Source of the DNA: Polynucleobacter sp. GWA2_45_21
GTDB lineage: Bacteria > Pseudomonadota > Gammaproteobacteria > Burkholderiales > Burkholderiaceae
NCBI RefSeq assembly: GCF_001830325.1
Contig: NZ_MHZG01000015.1
Location: 32,570-64,569, forward strand
Direction: 5' to 3'
DNA length: 32,000 bases
A program made the translations under genes and the position numbers. The notes under the pieces are model-generated. The model was not told the DNA's origin. It was given only the letters and a program-made list of their open reading frames with translations, and searched no databases. The first letter of the stretch is position 1; every line of letters starts with the position of its first letter. This document shows, piece by piece, positions 28,109 through 32,000 of the stretch.

Positions 28109-28190
28109 TTTCTTGCTAGCTTAGGCTAGTTACGAATTAGTTTGGCATCAAATTAACCCACTGTGGTAACACAGTGGGTTTTTTTCTTTT
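28078..28190 (+). repeat. imperfect direct repeat copy 2 (porin 3' end + terminator)
   Basis: See 21195-21303. Confidence 0.8.
28155..28186 (+). terminator. rho-independent terminator of porin 2
   Basis: Stem aacccactgtg / cacagtgggtt, loop gtaa, T-tract. Confidence 0.8.
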
Positions 28191-28265
28191 CTAAAGTTTG
28201 ATTGTTCTCTTACAACTTTTTTGCTATACACATTAATTCTTTTAATTCAGATTTAAGGAAATTTA

Positions 28266-29369
28266 ATGTCCTCTAGTTTTTACGCGCGTGAAGCTGCAAA
28301 CGATAGTTTCATAGTCAATCTTGAAAATCAGTCTGAACTTAAATTGGAGGTTAGTATCAAACAAGGGGAAATAAATTTTTCTCAGGTAATAGCTATTGCA
28401 ACTGAAAAGGAGGAACAAAAGCAGAGATGCGGAGAAATAACTAAGCAAACTTTGAGTATGTTTCATAGCAGGGTCAATTCAAATATCTCAGAATACTTTG
28501 GACTACTAAAGACATCAGACATTACATCTAAGGTGATACTTGGATTTATTGAATTTTTAAGTGATAAATCAATTAAGGCAGTAACAATTAATCAATATTT
28601 GGGACTTTTAAAGAGGCTGTTAACCATTGCGGTATTAGAGGGCTGGATAGAGGGTTTGCCTGTATTTCCGAAAGTTAGAAGCAAGAGCATCCCAAGAGCT
28701 AGCCTTTCTATTGATGAGTACTTAGAAGTCTTACGTTGCGCTAAAAATATGTCTCGTCCCAAGATATCGACACAAGATTCTCATAGGAATATTGTCAATG
28801 GCTTCTACGTAAAGGATGCTCCAATTCCCAAAGAAATGGTCTGGTTAATTGGCTTCATGACTAATACATTCCTCCGTCCTGTAGATATGAAATTACTACA
28901 GCATAAGCATATAAAGATTGTAGAAGGCAAAAATCGATATCTTAAAATTAGTCTTCCTGAAACAAAGCGTCATACTGGTCAGGTAATATCTCTTAGGGCT
29001 GCCGTAAGAATATACAGGGAGTTGAGAGAGAATGACTATAAGCATGGGTTTGGTAATACTAATGATTACGTCTTTCTTCCCCAAATTAAAAATCGTGAAG
29101 TTGCAATCCAAGCAATTTCATTCCTATTTAGAAGAATCTTACTTAAGGCTAAGTTGGAATCTAGTAGCGATGGTCAAAAAAGAACGCTTTACTCTCTTAG
29201 GCATACTGCAATTACATTCAGACTAATATATGGGCAAGGAATTGATCTATTAACCCTAGCTCGAAATGCTAGAACTTCTGTAGAGATGATTGAGAAGTTT
29301 TATTCATCTAACCTCAAGGCAGAAATGAATGTTGATATGCTACAAAGCAAGAGAACAAAGCTTGGCTAA
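28266..29369 (+). CDS. tyrosine integrase (island 2)
   Basis: 367 aa with an aagga RBS. Catalytic region homologous to integrase 1, N-terminal ~100 aa unrelated by eye. Confidence 0.85.
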   Translation: MSSSFYAREAANDSFIVNLENQSELKLEVSIKQGEINFSQVIAIATEKEEQKQRCGEITKQTLSMFHSRVNSNISEYFGLLKTSDITSKVILGFIEFLSDKSIKAVTINQYLGLLKRLLTIAVLEGWIEGLPVFPKVRSKSIPRASLSIDEYLEVLRCAKNMSRPKISTQDSHRNIVNGFYVKDAPIPKEMVWLIGFMTNTFLRPVDMKLLQHKHIKIVEGKNRYLKISLPETKRHTGQVISLRAAVRIYRELRENDYKHGFGNTNDYVFLPQIKNREVAIQAISFLFRRILLKAKLESSSDGQKRTLYSLRHTAITFRLIYGQGIDLLTLARNARTSVEMIEKFYSSNLKAEMNVDMLQSKRTKLG

Positions 29370-29380
29370 ATTTTTTTCAC

Positions 29381-29399
29381 TGTCGTGTTCAACACGACA
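29381..29399 (+). repeat. palindrome TGTCGTGTT-C-AACACGACA
   Basis: 9-bp arms, 12 nt after the int2 stop, with no 3' T-tract. Same design as 30350-30368 and 31813-31837. Confidence 0.7.
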
Positions 29400-29711
29400 C
29401 CACGGCCCCTAAAAGTTCACCTCAAAAACCGTCTATGCGCTGTATGTTTGGCGCGCCAAATAGCTGTGCATCAGAGAGCCCCTGTTTTAAGCTTGTAGCT
29501 TGGATTTGAGGTGTTTGGGCAATTCCGTCGTCTTTATCCCACGAATGACATAAATACATTTAGCCCCACCAAAGATTATTGCTATTTTCTTTGGCGGAGC
29601 TAAATGCTAAGTCATTGATTCTTGGAAAGATTATTGATCACCCATTTTGGTCGTCCTTTGGAGCAAAAGAATACAAACTGCATACACAGTTTTATTTATC
29701 TAAAGGAAAAA

Positions 29712-30281
29712 ATGGCTCAAGCAAAAACACTCACCACAAATGAATTAGAACAAGTCTTACGCTACATCAGCAGCACAACTTATGCAGAACGCAATCGCGT
29801 AATGTTGCTCATGGGATATTGGGCGGGACTTCGCGTTAAAGAAATTGCCCAATTAAAAATGGGGGATGTATTAAATGACGATGGCACGATTAAAAGCGAA
29901 ATTCGTTTAAGTGCACAGCAAACTAAAGGGAATGACGGCAGAACGGTGTTCTTGCCAGTAAAGTTAAAAGAAGAATTGGCTGTGTATCTCAAAACTCGCC
30001 ATATCACCATGCCTGATATTCCCTTGTTCCACACATCCAAGCGTTTGGGCTGGACGCCTAATACCTTATGCCAGCACTTCTTTTGGCTTTATAAGCGAGC
30101 GGGTATTGCGGGTGCTAGTAGCCATAGTGGTCGTAGGCAATTTATTACGACCTTGGCAAATAAGGGCATCTCTGTGCGTATTTTGGCTAGCTTGGCGGGG
30201 CATAAGAGTATTGCGGTAACGCAAAAATATATCGATGTGAACGATGATATGAAAAGAGCGGCCGTGGAGTTGGTGGCGTAG
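29712..30281 (+). CDS. small tyrosine recombinase, catalytic domain only (island 2)
   Basis: 189 aa from ATG 29712 (aaagga RBS). GLRVKE, TKGNDGRTV, SHSGRR, GHKSI, QKY. The ORF-track TTG 29622 extension is not supported. Confidence 0.85.
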   Translation: MAQAKTLTTNELEQVLRYISSTTYAERNRVMLLMGYWAGLRVKEIAQLKMGDVLNDDGTIKSEIRLSAQQTKGNDGRTVFLPVKLKEELAVYLKTRHITMPDIPLFHTSKRLGWTPNTLCQHFFWLYKRAGIAGASSHSGRRQFITTLANKGISVRILASLAGHKSIAVTQKYIDVNDDMKRAAVELVA

Positions 30282-30349
30282 TGCGTTCTAAATGGAACAC
30301 ATTAACCCAGCGTCCAATAACGAGACGCTTACCAAATCAGGTATGGTGT

Positions 30350-30368
30350 TTGTCGGGTTACCCGACAA
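30350..30368 (+). repeat. palindrome TTGTCGGGT-T-ACCCGACAA
   Basis: 9-bp arms, about 70 nt after the small recombinase 2 stop. Shares the TGTCG...CGACA design. Confidence 0.6.
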
Positions 30369-30460
30369 GCTAGGTGTCTGGGGGCAAATTGCCAAGTGTC
30401 CTGTTTCGCGACGGTGCCTATTTAATGAGCACCGCTACTGGAAGTAACACGCATTAATGG

Positions 30461-30489
30461 CAAAAGAGTTGTTCCATTTGGAACAACTC
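30461..30489 (-). terminator. candidate rho-independent terminator of the 149-aa orphan gene
   Basis: 10-bp stem gagttgttcc / ggaacaactc, 4-nt loop. On the minus strand it is followed by cttttgcc. Confidence 0.55.
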
Positions 30490-30508
30490 ATCTTATCCCC
30501 TACGGGTT

Positions 30509-30958
30509 CTAATGCAAATCCACATTAGTAGCAATAAACACAGGCTTATTAGTGCCCGTTGCTTTGCAGTTGTGCACATTTAAAGTCCACTCATCTTGGG
30601 TTTGATTTGTGGGATCATCAATCGCAATATGGAGCTCCTTGCTATTGGGTGCATAAATGCAGTATCCGTTCGCCGGGGTTTTGGTTTTGCTCAGTGGCTC
30701 ATAGTGCAATAACCACGATAGCAAAATACCTGCTTGGGCTTGAATGCCTGCCCCCACTAACTTTGTGACGGTGTCCATTTGGACATCGGATTTGGCTAAG
30801 TGTTCCCAGTGATCAAAGGTGTAAAAATCCACTAAGTATTTTTGACTTGGACTGGCCAATTCCACGGAGCCATTAAAAACGGCTCGTCTAAATAATCCCT
30901 GACCAAAGCTCGTATTGAACTTTTCATTGGCAAATCCTCGAATGGCTATTTCTCTCAT
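30509..30958 (-). CDS. hypothetical protein, 149 aa
   Basis: ATG 30958 (MREIAIRGFANEKF...) is preceded by AAGGAG. The longer ORF-track start at 31039 has no RBS. No motif recognised. Confidence 0.55.
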   Translation of the reverse strand: MREIAIRGFANEKFNTSFGQGLFRRAVFNGSVELASPSQKYLVDFYTFDHWEHLAKSDVQMDTVTKLVGAGIQAQAGILLSWLLHYEPLSKTKTPANGYCIYAPNSKELHIAIDDPTNQTQDEWTLNVHNCKATGTNKPVFIATNVDLH

Positions 30959-30989
30959 ATCGTTCTCCTTTATATAAATTGATTGAGTT

Positions 30990-31125
30990 CTCACGCAGTT
31001 GCTAGTTAGTGGAGTTAGTTGCCAAAGAAGAGATCTCAAAAGATCAGTTGCTATGAGTGGGGTTGCTTTCCCAAAGGGAGAGTCACGCAGTAGCGTTGCT
31101 AGTCAGAGTAAGTCATTTGCTACTA
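30990..31125 (+). repeat. iteron-like cluster of GTTGCTA(GT)/TCACGCAGT motifs
   Basis: tcacgcagttgctagt (30991-31006), agttgcc (31017-31023), cagttgctatgagt (31045-31058), ggttgcttt (31061-31069), tcacgcagtagcgttgctagt (31083-31103), catttgctact (31114-31124). Confidence 0.55.
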
Positions 31126-31273
31126 CCAGTAACGACTCAACTCAAACACTCGAACTCCACTTACTCATGCAACTGTTTTTCTTTAAGCGACCTTACTTTT
31201 GTAACCAAGCAACTCGCAAAAATATTTATGCCTGCTAAACAAAAACAAACAAAAATAATGGCGATATTTGGTG

Positions 31274-31299
31274 AATTTGGGCAAATTGAGGTCGACCAA
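31274..31299 (+). promoter_or_regulatory. conserved block upstream of protein A gene (ATTTG-GG-CAAAT)
   Basis: Counterpart of 22283-22306. Confidence 0.4.
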
Positions 31300-31364
31300 A
31301 CCGCAAATCAGGTAATAAATTAAATGTGCCCATTAACAAACTAAACCCAAACAAGGAGAATTAA

Positions 31365-31805
31365 ATGAGCGCATTGGAATCACTCAAGCTAACAACAGCA
31401 AAAAAACCCACCCATATCCCTGCAATTGTATTTCGCAGAAATAAGTTATCAAGCAAACTGTGGGAGCAAATCCAGTTAGCCAAAAGTCAAATAGATGGCA
31501 CGCCATTTGTTGTGACCAAGTTCAAAAGCGTTAAAGATAAAGAAACTGGTTTGCGTCGCCAAGTAGAAGTGCCAAAGCGCATAAGAGAATGGTGGTTTAA
31601 GAACGAGCAAGGCAAGGTCTGTTTATCAGTCAAATACGGCACCAAGGTCATTGAGCTAGCCAAAGGCAAACACAGCATAGAAGTGGATAGTGCTCAAAAC
31701 TTGGTTAAAGCATTGGAAACCATCAAATCGGCCGTTGAAGCTGGCGAACTAGATAGTCAAATTGAATTGGCTAGTGGAGCATTAAAGCTTGGGTTTAAGA
31801 AGTAA
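31365..31805 (+). CDS. 146-aa conserved hypothetical protein (island trio protein A)
   Basis: AAGGAG RBS. Homolog of 21760-22206. Confidence 0.7.
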   Translation: MSALESLKLTTAKKPTHIPAIVFRRNKLSSKLWEQIQLAKSQIDGTPFVVTKFKSVKDKETGLRRQVEVPKRIREWWFKNEQGKVCLSVKYGTKVIELAKGKHSIEVDSAQNLVKALETIKSAVEAGELDSQIELASGALKLGFKK

Positions 31806-31812
31806 GGCCCTG

Positions 31813-31837
31813 GGGTGTCGTGTTAATCACGACACCC
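31813..31837 (+). repeat. palindrome GGGTGTCGTG-TTAAT-CACGACACCC
   Basis: 10-bp arms, 8 nt after the protein A2 stop, with no T-tract. Confidence 0.7.
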
Positions 31838-31849
31838 ATAAATAACTAT

Positions 31850-31993
31850 ATGAAACAATTTCGCGCAACTGTTAGAGCAAGTGGGATAGTGGTTACAACC
31901 ATCGTCTACGCTGATAACGTTAACTTCGCTATCAAACTGCTTCAAGCCCAATTTGGCGCCTCGAATGTGATCAGCATTCCAGCGCAGGTCTAG
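31850..31993 (+). CDS. 47-aa conserved hypothetical protein (island trio protein B)
   Basis: Below the ORF-track size cut-off and found by homology to 21477-21620. ATG 31850, TAG 31991-31993. Confidence 0.6.
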   Translation: MKQFRATVRASGIVVTTIVYADNVNFAIKLLQAQFGASNVISIPAQV

Positions 31994-31995
31994 CC

Positions 31996-32000
31996 ATGAA
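31996..32000 (+). CDS. start of the third trio gene (protein C), truncated by the window edge
   Basis: ATG lies 2 nt after the protein B stop, mirroring the B1/C1 junction. Only 5 nt are visible. Confidence 0.25.

Larger units (their letters stand above)
28191..32000 (+). mobile_element. integrase island 2 (left end at the porin 2 terminator; right end beyond the window)
   Basis: Visibly more AT-rich than the flanks. Order is integrase, small recombinase, orphan gene, A-B-C trio, which mirrors the orientation of island 1. Confidence 0.7.

Noticed and set aside
25344-29369. Homologous recombination between the inverted integrase genes as a way to flip porin 2.
   Set aside because: The two integrase genes are substantially diverged at the nucleotide level. 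I saw no long identical inverted segment that would support RecA-dependent inversion.
29622-29711. TTG-initiated 30-aa extension of small recombinase 2. An analogous extension occurs at 23540-23551 for recombinase 1.
   Set aside because: Both homologs align from MAQAK..., each ATG has its own RBS, and the extensions are not conserved between the copies.
30999-31323. ORFs of 79 and 88 aa in the hyp149 / protein A2 intergenic region.
   Set aside because: The frames are created by the GTTGCTA-type repeats and have no RBS. Only the last ~20 codons overlap the conserved block, which is reported separately as a possible micro-ORF or operator.
20007-32000. CRISPR array, tRNA/tmRNA gene as integration target, or prophage.
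   Set aside because: - The repeats are too short and irregular, and there are no cas genes.
- I found no cloverleaf-like sequence at any island boundary. The boundaries coincide with the porin gene ends instead.
- No capsid, terminase or tail genes appear in the visible parts.

Overview
The window looks like a chromosomal segment from a moderately AT-rich betaproteobacterium. Synteny is Burkholderiales-type, and Polynucleobacter-like is my unverified guess. All calls come from reading the ORF translations and the raw sequence, with no database search.

Positions 1-19.8 kb are ordinary housekeeping genes, almost all on the + strand:
- gltB (3' end) and gltD
- a complete Mla phospholipid-transport cluster (mlaF-E-D-A-C-B)
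- an ABC-2 exporter pair, ibaG (BolA family) and murA
- the histidine operon hisG-D-(C)-B-H-A-F-I...E, then a HIT protein and tatABC
- a convergent Sel1-repeat protein

Two oddities sit in the his operon. hisC lies on the opposite strand, and a vapBC toxin-antitoxin pair is wedged between hisI and hisE.

From about 20 kb the window becomes accessory and is the most interesting part. Two diverged paralogous general porin genes (20025-21224 and 26882-28108) share a 104-nt perfectly identical block covering the RBS and signal peptide. They also share a similar 3' end plus terminator. The porins alternate with two related, mirror-oriented integrase islands (about 21304-26863 and 28191 to beyond 32000). 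Each island carries:
- a large tyrosine integrase abutting porin 2
- a second tyrosine recombinase of about 190-200 aa that has only the catalytic domain
- a conserved trio of unknown small proteins (about 147, 47 and 53 aa)
- families of palindromes and iteron-like repeats

Island 1 also encodes an H-NS N-terminal-like protein that lacks a DNA-binding domain.

My lead hypothesis is an integrative element that targets the porin gene itself and swaps the expressed porin allele. I saw no rRNA, tRNA, CRISPR array or transposase.
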